Assembly (NCBI GenBank): GCA_012295275.1
Contig: CM022673.1
Coordinates: forward strand, 2,294,001 to 2,358,000
Direction of reading: 5' to 3'
DNA: 64,000 nt
Origin: Chrysomallon squamiferum
Taxonomy: Eukaryota > Animalia > Mollusca
The notes beneath the pieces are model-generated. The model ran no database searches. It was not told the origin of the DNA and was given only the letters and a program-made list of their open reading frames with translations. The position numbers and the translations under genes are program-made. Each line of letters starts with the position of its first letter. The first letter of the stretch is position 1. Of this stretch, positions 28,754 through 40,400 are shown in pieces.

Positions 28754-31700
28754 CTATGCATGTGGTGGCTGAGCATTTGCTTGATTCATCTGAACTGGTT
28801 GTTGTTGTCCTTGTGGCTGTCCTTGAGGCTGTCCTTGCGGCTGTCCTTGCTGCTGTGCCTGTTGTTGCTGCTGTGCCTGTTGTTGCTGCTGCTGGTGGTG
28901 TTGTTCTACCGGTTGCTGTGCTTGTGCCTGTTGTTGCTGTTGCTGTTGTTGTTGTCCCACTGGTTGCTGTGCATGCACTTGTTGTCCTGTCTGGGGTTGC
29001 TCTTGTTGTCCTGTCTGGTGTTGTGCTTGTTGGGCTTGCTATAAAAGGGGAAAAAAAAAAAGAATTGTTATAGTTTCATTTATTTACATTTTTATTAAAT
29101 AAAAATACTTTTTTTTTTCCTCCCCCTCTCTGAAAGACAATATGGAGAATAATATAATTAATGACTTCATGATATTTGATTTTATCAATATACACTTGGC
29201 ATGCTATGGTATGGTATGGTATGGTTAATAATTCATTTTAACAGTAATTGTTAATTGTTTCCTGTTGAATAACATGAACAAAGTCATCAAAATATTTATA
29301 AATGACTTAATTGTATAAATAAAGTTTACAAAATGAGATATCATTTTGATAGTTGATGTTTTCAAAAATTAACATTAAATAATCATTCTTCTCACTTGTT
29401 CATTATGTTGTTGCTGTTGGTTCACTTGTTGCTCCTGTTGGTTCACTTGATGTTGCTCCTGTTGGTTCACTTGATGCTGCTGCTGTTGGTGTAGCTGTTG
29501 CTGGTGTAGCTGCTGCTGATGCTGTGGATCTAGATGTTGAACTGGGACAGGCTGTTGCCCACCTGGCATCTGTTGTCCTGTATGAGCAAACTGCTGGTTC
29601 ATCCGAGCAGCATTATCTGCTAAATTAGCAGCCATTTGGGCTTGCTGCTGTAGGTATGCATGATGTAGCTGCTGCTGTTGCTCTGGGTGCAGAGGCTGGC
29701 CAAACTGTGCAGGATGATCTGCTGGTGGTTGATAGCCCTGTGGATGTTGACCTTGATACTGAAGATTGGGATCAATGCCACCTGGATGCCCCATTGATGC
29801 CTGGTGCATATTCACAACATTTGGATCACCTAAGTGCTGCTAGAAGTAACAGAACACTCAAATTAGATGTTTTGATGAGAAATTTTCATTTGTATGCACA
29901 TTTTCTCAATACACTGATCCCTATATGTCAGTCTTGAGGAAAAACATACAGTCAAATAAATACATGGAAGAGAACTGATTGTAGCCATTAAAAAAAATAA
30001 TAATAAAACTACTGCTTTTGCAAACAACATCTGAACTCAAAATTAAGCACTTCTTAGAAACACAATATCACCTTAATGTCTTATAGTCTCAGTTGTATTT
30101 ACTAACTTGCATAACAAACCGTTCTAGTAAAATAAATAATAATTATTATGAAACCCTAATAATTCACAAACAATTCTGCATAGAACACTATATTTCAGAA
30201 ATTGCTAAGATTTATGTCTATATGGCTATTTCTCATTCCATCAATGATAAGACTTCAATTATCAATGTCTTTGCCTGTATAATTTTTCTACATAAAAGAT
30301 CTCTCGATAGGAAATGGAAAAAAAAAAAACAGCCAACAATGTGGCAATAGTAGGTTCTCTTTTTGGATATCATCATCATCATCATTATACACAAACACAA
30401 TAGTAACTGTTAAAATTTATTAAAGTGTCACTGTGCTGACATGCTATTAAATAAATAGTCACTAATTTAGTCTTACATCAGTGGTTGATATTGATCCACA
30501 TATCACAAGACAGCCGTGTTAACATTGGTCCATGAATAACAACATAACTATCTTAATATGGGTCCACATACGACATAAAGATAGCTAAGTTAATACAGGT
30601 CCATTTATCCGAAGAGCTGTGCTAATATGGGTCTACATATCACAAGATAGCTATATCAGTCAGGTCCACACATCACAAGATAGCCATGTTAATACTGTCC
30701 ACTGATTACAAGATACTTACAACAACTCCTGGCTGTGCTTCACCTGCATGATACTGCTGAATAAATTTCTGATACTCATCATCTGAAAATAGATCATCTT
30801 CCTCCTGCAACTTAGACAAAAAACAAAACCAATGGATTTGATGCATATCAATAAAAACAAGTATCTAGCTTCACTATGTTTTTCACAGACACTGCCATCA
30901 TAAAATGGCAAGTAAATAAAACAACTCTAAATTAATTTGAAACTTAAATCTGAAAAAATAAAAACAAATTTTTCATTTATATGTTTTAGTTACAACTTGG
31001 AAATAAAAATTAAACTGTAACTTTTATTATTTAGGAGTTTTAATTACAATCTGAAAAAAATAAATGTAGAAACATCTATTTTGTTGTTTTTTCTCTCAAA
31101 ACATGCAAGACACTAAGTTTAATTTCCACAAGATATTGAAAGAAAACAGAGTAAAGGGGCACATAACTGCAACTGTTATTTAAAATGCAAAATTGAATTC
31201 AGTTTATTAGTATATTTCATTTTTTATATTAACTCATAACTGTTTGATTATTTTCCAAGAAAGGCTGAGAATATGTAAATTAATTTGTGAAAACCTTTTG
31301 AATTAATTTCACATTTACTGCTAACAGTTTAAAATCTGTTACTGCTCAAGTGTTCCATACATTGCAAACTTTCAGATGACAACTTTATGCTGTTGTGTAC
31401 AAAATACTATTAATATGTCTGTTTTCTGAAGTGCAGTGTTAGTGAACCTGTAATTGGATGATTCATTATTTACTTCCATCTTCATTTTTTGTTAAAATTA
31501 TTAATTCAAACATAAATCAAAGAATCATCACTGCCTTGCTTTCCAATGTTGATCTTCCGTATAATTATTCATCCAAAAAGAAATAACTGAAGCATCATTG
31601 CCTTACCTTCCAACCTTCATCTTTCTTAAATTCCTCATTTTCACCCTTTGCTCCAGTGTAGTTGAGGAATTCCTCTTTTGTAATCAGCTGATCGTGATTC

Positions 31701-34569
31701 TTGTCCATTTCTGACATTATGTGTTGTCGCATGCGCATTCTTTCATGTTCTCGCTCATATGGATCATCTTCTTCTGATGGATTCCTATCATCATAAACTT
31801 TACCCAGCTAAAAATGAAAAAATATCAAATGATTTTCTTTTTTTCTTAAAGTATGAAACTTCTAAATAAAAATAAAAAATTAAAATTGTTTAATGCAGCA
31901 AAACAATTGAAAAAACAAAAGTTAAAAATATCACTGCAGCCTTTACATTAAGAGACAAAACTCTGATTACAATATCTCTAAAAGTTATCTTCCTCTTTAT
32001 AAAAGCCATCGAAAGGGAAGTAATTCTTAAAGATAACACTGTTAATTAAAATTCAAATTTTAAAATATCAACAAAAGAAGACATAAAAAAGTGATGCAGT
32101 ATTAGAAAAAGAAATAATTTGTTTTTCATTTTAAATATAAAAATAAAAATGCTGGTAGTTTTAGTACAGATCTTATTTAAATTTTAATGTTTTAACATTT
32201 AAGTTAAGTGAAACAAACCTCGTGATTAAGAAGAGCCTCAACTTCTTGGATATCCCAGACTCCATCGCCAGTAGTATCTGAAATAAAATGAACCTCTTAA
32301 TTAAAATCACAGTGAAGTCAATGTATATCTTATTCAATTTTTCAGACAACTGGTAATGCAAGTGCAATTACCATGATTTTTAATTCAATAAAATATATTT
32401 TTATTGGACTTGAATTTGTTATTATATATATTTACAGTTCAGTATTCATGGTGATGATAAACTTGGATTTCATTATTCCCCGTGACAATTTCTTTATGCT
32501 ACAGTCATTTTTTAACTGCATGAGTTGTTTTAACTGCATAAGTTATGTAAAGTTAAAGTTTTAAACATTGGTGAATTTCTAAAGATGTAAAAGACAGACA
32601 TCAAGAAATAAATATTTTATTGATGATAATATACTAAATAAAATGTCAAATGACAAAGGTTGTTAATTTTAAACAGACAGAGTTTCTTAATTTTTAAAAA
32701 TATATTTAAAAAAAAACAATATAAAAAAAATTAAAAAAAAATAATTTATCATGAACAGATTTGCTTAGCCATTTTAAACAAACAGTATAAATTAAAACAC
32801 ATGAACAGACTGTTTATCAATTTTAAACTACTTGTATAAATTTAAATTTACCATGAAGCTTGAAGAAAGATTTGGGGTCAAATGCCTGTTCTTTATCAAT
32901 GTGATCTTCTTCATGCCAAACTTCTTCAAACTGGTCTTTGCTACCCTGAAAATACACCAGTTATTAGAAATGCATATATTTTGTGTTTTGAATGTAAGTG
33001 TATGTGTGAAATTTGTATGAATGAAAAGAAACATTTTAATTTTCACTTTCATTACTGTACCTATCAAAACACAATGAATCATTTAAAATACATAAGTGCA
33101 ACTGCATTTAGTCTAAAAAATTACTTTTGAAAAATAATGTACTATGATACAAGTAATTCTTTTGCACTATGATTTTAGGATTTAAGCAACAGCCAAATGC
33201 CTTAAGTAAGAGGATTCCAACAGAAGAAGTTAATGTAAGACCATTTTAAATTTCTGAGAAAAACAGAGAAGAAAATAATATCTGCTAATAAAATGTTAAA
33301 AAAAAAAAAAATCAGGTGTAATTTTTTATCATAATTAATTACTGGATGGTTCACTCTTGGGTGTTGTTCATGTTTTTTCTTCAATTCTTCCAATTTCTCC
33401 ATTTCTTTTTTCCTCTCATCTTCTGGCAGTTCTGCTAAATGTTTCTTTCTTTCGAACTCTTTTTCCATTTCATATTGTTTAAACTCTAAATCTCGTTGTT
33501 TATCAAGTTCCTCTATGTCCCTTGTAGTCTAAAATAATATTTTAAAAATGCAACTGCATAAATGTAAAGCAATTTCCAATACACAGCTTACTCAAAGTTG
33601 TGAAAAGACAATGATTATTTTTTTATAAATAAATGAACAAGCTGCAGACTTGAAAATACATATCCATGTAACTAACTCAGTGTATTTATTATTGATTATT
33701 TTACACTTTAATTAATGTGAGACAAACATATTATAATTTAATAAATATTTTCTTACCTGTTTTACTAATTTTTCTAAATCTTTCATTTCAAATGAATGTG
33801 GATTACCAATATCAAGATGGTTTGGAATATGCATTTTGTCTACACCTGAAAAAATAATAAATAAAAAAATATCCATGTTACATTAAAGTTAAGTTCTGTT
33901 AGAATATTAAACATGTATCATGTAAGATAATATAAATGTTGATATTACAAAAAAAGGTATTTAAGATACATATTCAGATTCTGTCATCACCACTATCACC
34001 AAGAAAAAAGAATACTATTGGCTAAAACAAAACAACTTTTTAGTATTATAAAGATTTAACTGTATGCAAAGTAGTAGTTTTAGATTTAAAAAAAATAAAA
34101 CAAAAGATTATATTGAACAAAACAATAAAAAAGCTACAAGTAAATAAAGAATACATCAGAAAACTGGTTAAATTATTCAAGAATGAAACCACAATATCAA
34201 CAGACAGAAGGTATTTTTATTTGTATTTTTTTAAAGATGACATTTTCATTAAAATGATTTAAACATTTTTTAATAAAAAGTTAAATATTTAAGTGCAGTA
34301 TGGAATAACAGACTAATAGATAATACATTTATTTTCAAAACTGTGGTGTAAACATATTAAAACAACCTTCACAATTTAAACTGTTCGTATTATCTATCTC
34401 ATGGTCTGTTCTAAGCTTGGTGGTATACACGTGCATTACAGATATTTATAGCAGTGATATTATAATAACTTGAGATGTTCCCTAAATATTAGATAGTAAA
34501 ATAAGAACAGAATCCAACCACTTAAACCAAGATAAGTCTTGGACTTTGTAAAAATAAAACCCTATGTCA

Positions 34570-34601
<32 letters not shown>

Positions 34602-37600
34602 ATTATTAATCATTCTTGACTGCTATTGGTTATTATTTAACTTCATAAGTTCAAAAAATAGAAATATTTAAGCTTCAGTGATTTCTATAAGTGATTAAGA
34701 TACATGATAATTTCAGTCAGCTGCTGCTTAAATCTTATACATATTTCTTTATTTTATTTTTAACTATTATATATTTTTTTAAATTATTATTTTTATTTTA
34801 ATGTGCGTATGTGCGAGTTTTGGCACTTGCATTGTACGTATGTATATAAATGTATTATATTGCCTACCCAGATTTTTGTTTTGTATGAATGCCTCTGTAC
34901 TTATGTATTTTGAACTCTTACAATGAAAATATTAAGTTTGTTGTTCTTATTTTTTCTTTTGTTAAAACAGCTGCTGAATCTATTTTTCAAACCAGTGCAT
35001 CCAGTTAAATTCAATAACCATATGTTATGATACAAACCACAGATACATTTAGAAATTTAAAAAACACTGAAACAAAATTAGAAATCTGGAATTCTATTAC
35101 TAGAAGCAACACTTAAAAAGAACGTTAAAAAGCAAAATATGTTAAACACCACATGACAATTTGGCAAAATGCATTTCACTGCAAATAAAATATATATAAA
35201 TATATATTATGATCAAAAAAAAAGTTCAAGGGACAGATAAAATGCCAGGTTTTTAATAATAATAACAATAATAGAAAAAATGTTAAAAATCATGCAGAAA
35301 ATGAAAATATGTTAGCAAGAGAAGATTACAAAATACAAATTTTTAAAAGCAACAAACAAATGAAATTATCATGATTAAAACAAGACACAGACTGAAAACA
35401 CATCCCATGCAAAATTAACTGAATAAAGTAATTTTATAAAATCTGTGTTTGTAGATACCAGACTGTAATTCAAGTTAGACACTAATATTACTAATTGTAA
35501 GCTGGAGAAAATAATGTAACTTAAAGATAATCATACGTTGATTTTAATAGTAAAATCCAATTGCTGTTAAACATTTTATATTCTATTTTGAAACAGTGAT
35601 GTAACAGATGATATATGTGCCTAACAATGTGAATGTTAAAATAATAATAAAAAAATTTGTATCTGCCTTCATCTCAATACTTTATACACATACGTACAAA
35701 ACATAAAGACATCTATACATATACAAATATACACACACACATACACATGTATATATTCTCAATTTATACATGGTTTCCTTTAAATTGTATTTTGTATGAA
35801 TAGCACATGTTGCTCTATTGAGGAGAAAAAAAGAAGAAAAAAAGCTGTCAATAATTGTTTGGATGAACTTATCATTTGTATTACAAAAAACTGAATAACA
35901 TATTGTATTTCTGTCTCATTTCAGGTTGATAAACGAACAAGATGTTTCATAAAACAGACAAAAAGGTTGTTTTATCAGAAACAAAAACAAGATTACCTAA
36001 GCAATGAGGATCAATAATGTCACAGTTGATATATTAAATCCGATGTTTCATCATATTTATATTACTGAGCTATAGGATATTTGCAGTTTGTAGTTATATT
36101 TTACAGTTCTACATGTAACAGAAAATATCATCAGAAACATTATTTTCTTTCTTCAATGAAAATAAGCCAAGCTAATTGAGATGTAAAGAAAAAAAGAATT
36201 ATTTCCAACATAGTAATTATACCTAAAAATAATTTTAAAATAAAAACAATTTAAATTGCTCAATGAAATCCTACAGTTTGTAATAACCATTTTTTTTAAT
36301 AGTAACAAACAAAAATAAAATGCGGTGCAGGTATTGTGTGAAAATAAAACAATTTGGCTTTCTGACTGATCTTTATTTCTATACTATAATATCTATTGTT
36401 AACAACACAAGCATGCATGACTTCACAAGAATATTAAAAAATTAAACTGCTAAATTTAAACTTGAATAAACTGCATAAATGAAATTTAAATAAACTGTGT
36501 ATAAGTGAAATTCAACTGTCTAAATGTTAATTAAATTTTATCTACAGTTGTTTACATGCTGCATAATATATTTCAAGCTACTAAAAACAGTGGATCTCCT
36601 TCATCAAAAATCTGTCACTCAAAATGTGGGATATTGCCATTAGATAACCATCATTATAACTCAGAAGGTGAGGTATCCCTCTTAGATAATTTATCATTTT
36701 AGCTCACAGGTTGAATACCTCAGTTAGATTACCTAGCATTTGAACTCAAAAGGTGAGGGTCTGTCTATTAGATAGCCTATCATTTGAACTCAAAAGGATG
36801 GGTTGTATTAATGCATTCTTACCCAGAATAGCTTACCAATTGCCAAAGTGTCATGTGTAAAAGCAACTCTGTGGTGAGTAAAACGAAAAGGCTGACTGCT
36901 GCAGGTTAATCAGGGGACAAATATAATTATACAGCCTACCTCCATGATAAGCAATGTAATGCAACATTTCCGTACCCTGCATCTGTCTCATTTGGAGACG
37001 ACGAAGTTCCAGCAATCTCTGAACTTCTCTGCGCTTGATTTCGTCAAGTTTTGTACGGATGTGATGTCCAACCAGATCCAAATGCTTGGCTATTTCACCA
37101 CTCTGTTGAAATAAAAATTTAAAAAAAAACTTTAAGAGAATATTTGTTATTGTTATTATTATTATTCTTATTATTATTATTAAGTGGACATCTCAGCAAA
37201 AAAAAAAAAACATTTAATTTATGTTATTGGATATTTAATACCTTTTTAAAAGTTACTTTTTTTTATGTTTCAGTTTTCAATACCTATTCCAATTTCAGAT
37301 CTGATCCATATAAAAAATATTATTGTATGCATGCAAGAATTTGACAGAGGTTTTTTTTTATCATGTAAAACAAAAATGTTATATTCTTTAAACAAAGATA
37401 TGTAAATCATCTTTCAGAATTTAAGTTTTTGTTAGGTTTTGACAAGACTATATTTAACAAATAAAAATTTGACTGTTTGTAATTATTAAAAGTATATCAA
37501 TGACAGCAATAAGTGAATAACAATGAATACACGTAAAAAAAAAAAAAAACCTTTATATATGAGACATTAGCAGATTCCAACTTCTTCTTGAATTCTGGGT

Positions 37601-38500
37601 CATCCTCAAGAGCATATACAACTTCTTTTAAATATCTATCATATGACAAACCAGTATGCTGAAATGAAAAAATAAAAATATGCATCAGCTAGATGATCTG
37701 TACTTTAAACATATAAAAAAATATTATTTATTTTGAATTTTTTTTGGTGTATTACTAGGTGAAAAAAGTAATCAACTTAAGCATTTCAAATGTAAATTCA
37801 GTATTTTGTTTTCAAGCCTGAATAATTATTAAAATCAACAGCTCTTCAACAAAAGAAAACAAATGAAAATACACCCCAAAAGATCATTTCAGTTTTTTAA
37901 ACTCTCAGAATTATTTTCAAATTAAAAGTAAAAGGCTATTTTTAGTGCCATAAATGTTTTTCTTTTCAGACATTGTAAATGAATCTTAAGCACAAATTTA
38001 AAAAACATTACTCAGTTTAAAATTAATGGTTACTGTTTTCTAGAATAGTGATATTTTTGCATTAGTGATGTTTCTATAATTAGAAGCATATTTTTGGTGT
38101 CTAAATAATCTTTTATAAAATCTTACCATAAAAAGAAAAGAATATACACTGACAGACATTCATAAAGCATTTGCCAGACTTCAGAACGCAAATTAGTTAT
38201 ACAATTAGTTATAAATAACCTACTGTATTCATTGTTTGTACAATTTAATTCAAACCTTTGTCAACATACATTGAACATATCAATGTTTAATATATTTTAC
38301 ATTTTGTTATAAAAATTGCTTTTGTTCTTTTTTTTTCACACCAAAACTGGAAAATGAAAATCGAGGCTTACATCTTTTACTTCATCATTTATATCTTCAT
38401 GTACATCTATAGGAGGGGGTCCATCCTTTTGTAAAACTGGTTTTGCACTGACAACAGCAAAGAGCACAAAGACCTTTCCAAGTGATAATAACAAATTCAT
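28754..38500 (-). CDS. NUCB2: Nucleobindin (NUCB1/NUCB2 family), secretory EF-hand calcium-binding protein, ~601 aa
   Basis: Coding exons in transcript order: 38500-38372, 37658-37551, 37102-36976, 33845-33757, 33528-33343, 32945-32852, 32277-32219, 31807-31607, 30804-30721, 29839-29396, 29038-28754. All GT-AG, phases compatible, total 1806 nt. Signal peptide MNLLLSLGKVFVLFAVVSA; family motifs TGLSYDRYLKEVV, HHIRTKLDEIKR, HPRVNHPGSKDQFEEVW, FDPKSFFKLHD; EF loops DTTGDGVWDIQE and DKNHDQLITKEE. Confidence 0.95.
30480..30716. repeat. Degenerate ~34-bp intronic minisatellite (gtccacatatcacaagatagccatgttaatatg-like), ~7 copies
   Basis: Recurring gtcca...caagata...ttaata units, ending at the nucleobindin splice donor at 30720. 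Confidence 0.75.
36638..36798. repeat. Degenerate ~44-bp intronic tandem repeat, ~4 copies
   Basis: Recurring ttagata...catttgaactcaaaaggtgagg blocks. Confidence 0.65.
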
Positions 38501-40225
38501 GTTGCCACCTAAAATTATAAACAAATGCATAATTAGCCTCATCTCAAATGTATTAATTTTTTTTTTTATTATTATATTAATGGTTGCTGAGTGCAAGTGT
38601 TTGTTTTTAATGACGGCACAACAAGAAGTCTGTCTCCAATACACTCTTCAGGCCATTCATACTGAACAGAAGAACTATTTTTTTTTTTTTTTTATATTAC
38701 CACAGACAGTAAAGCACTGAAGTAAATTAATAAGCAATCTACCATGCTAATAAGAAATAGCCTGCTATTCCTACATAATATGAAAATGTAGTTTTACCAT
38801 TATAACTTGTAATAATGTAAACAAAACTAAAAACTTAATGGGATTAACCAGTGGCAGTTTGGAAGGATTTTATTTTTTTTGGAGAACTTTTTTGTAGGGA
38901 TGGGGAAGTCATACAAAATATATAAATCAAAGTAATACACTTACTTTTTCAATTTATTATGTAATTTTTACATATTGGCTATTTAGAATAAAAATAAATA
39001 GTGATGAAAACAGTTCATGATTAGAAAAAATTATAAATTTCCTCAGCATTAGATCTGTGGTCACATATATCATGAGAAAAATGGGGGGAAAGAGAAAGAA
39101 TTAGGAAAGATGGTGACAGTATTTTTTACTTTACATTTATGAAACATGTATAGTAAGTACCAGTTATTTTTAACTGTTAAAAACAATTTATTACTAAAAA
39201 GTTTAATTTTACATGTTCAACATATGACTGATCAATAAGTAAATATGGTTTATGTTGTTTTGCTTATATACATTGGGGAGGTATTTGTTATCTTCAGTTT
39301 ATGAAAAACATACAGTAAGCATCCACTGTTTGTAACAGTTCGGCTTAGTAATATAAAGTTTCAATAGATATATATGCTATTTGTTACTTGACTGATCAAT
39401 AAATTACATATGGGACTAAACAAATGTAGTGGATATTGTTTTAATTAAACCAGTAAGATATGTCAAAATTATATATTATACGTTATAATAAATTTCCTGT
39501 CTAAACAATGGAATATTCTTTATTAATGTTTTTGCTGTTTTTTTAAATTTGAAAAAAAAAAAAAAAAAAAAAAAAATTAAAAACAAATAAAATAACCAGT
39601 ACTATTACTAGTATTAGCATCATTCAACTATATAAACATGTCTGCATTTCAATATTTAAGATTACAAATTAATTCGAATATGAACTGACCAATTAAACAT
39701 TAAAAATAATTCAATTCTCGTTTAATATTAACAATGATAATTTATTATTAAAATAATAGCTAGCTTATAAAAAGTTACAGATTTTCATTTTATATTATTA
39801 CTACTACAACTACCCATCATAAATAACCACTTTCATTAAAATGGTAATAAAATATATATAATGTTACAACTTACAGTATATATCACTATATGATAATATG
39901 TATTTTAAATATGTTCATTTTATTCACAATATAAGAAATTCAGTATGAATATATTATACATTACATACTTTATTAACTTATTTATGAGTTATTTATTTTT
40001 AGTTTTAGTTTTTTAATATACTTATAAAAATATAAGTTATATAGGCTTACTCTATTATTATAGCGGTCAGCATATGGCATATGCTCTGCATTTAATAATC
40101 TTAACGCAATAAAATACAAATAACTTTGAATTCTTTTTAATAATTTTAAAGGGTAAAATATAAGTCACATTTTTATAAAATTTTATCTAGTCTATATATA
40201 TCTAAAAAAGAAAGAAAAGTCTTAC

Positions 40226-40400
40226 CTGTTATCATTAAAATGAGTTGACGCCGATTAAAGATCAAACGAGCAGCCTGACTATAAAACGGATGTTGAAACG
40301 TGGTCACAAATTAAGTCCGCACCCACAACAGGCGTCAAAGTGATTGGCTAAAATACAAAGGACACGTAATCATCAATTTTGACCGAGATGCGTAAAGATC
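40226..40400 (-). promoter_or_regulatory. Nucleobindin non-coding first exon and proximal promoter
   Basis: Consensus donor CAG|gtaaga (exon end 40226); local CpG enrichment; CCAAT box at 40347-40343. The ATG-bearing exon starts at an acceptor (exon start 38508), so an upstream exon is required. Confidence 0.7.

Noticed and set aside
28756-29937. Plus-strand hydrophobic V/L/A-rich ORFs
   Set aside because: Antisense shadows of the CAA/CAG-rich nucleobindin exons.
31340-31362. Nucleobindin microexon encoding TLEQ
   Set aside because: No AG acceptor or polypyrimidine tract in the right position.
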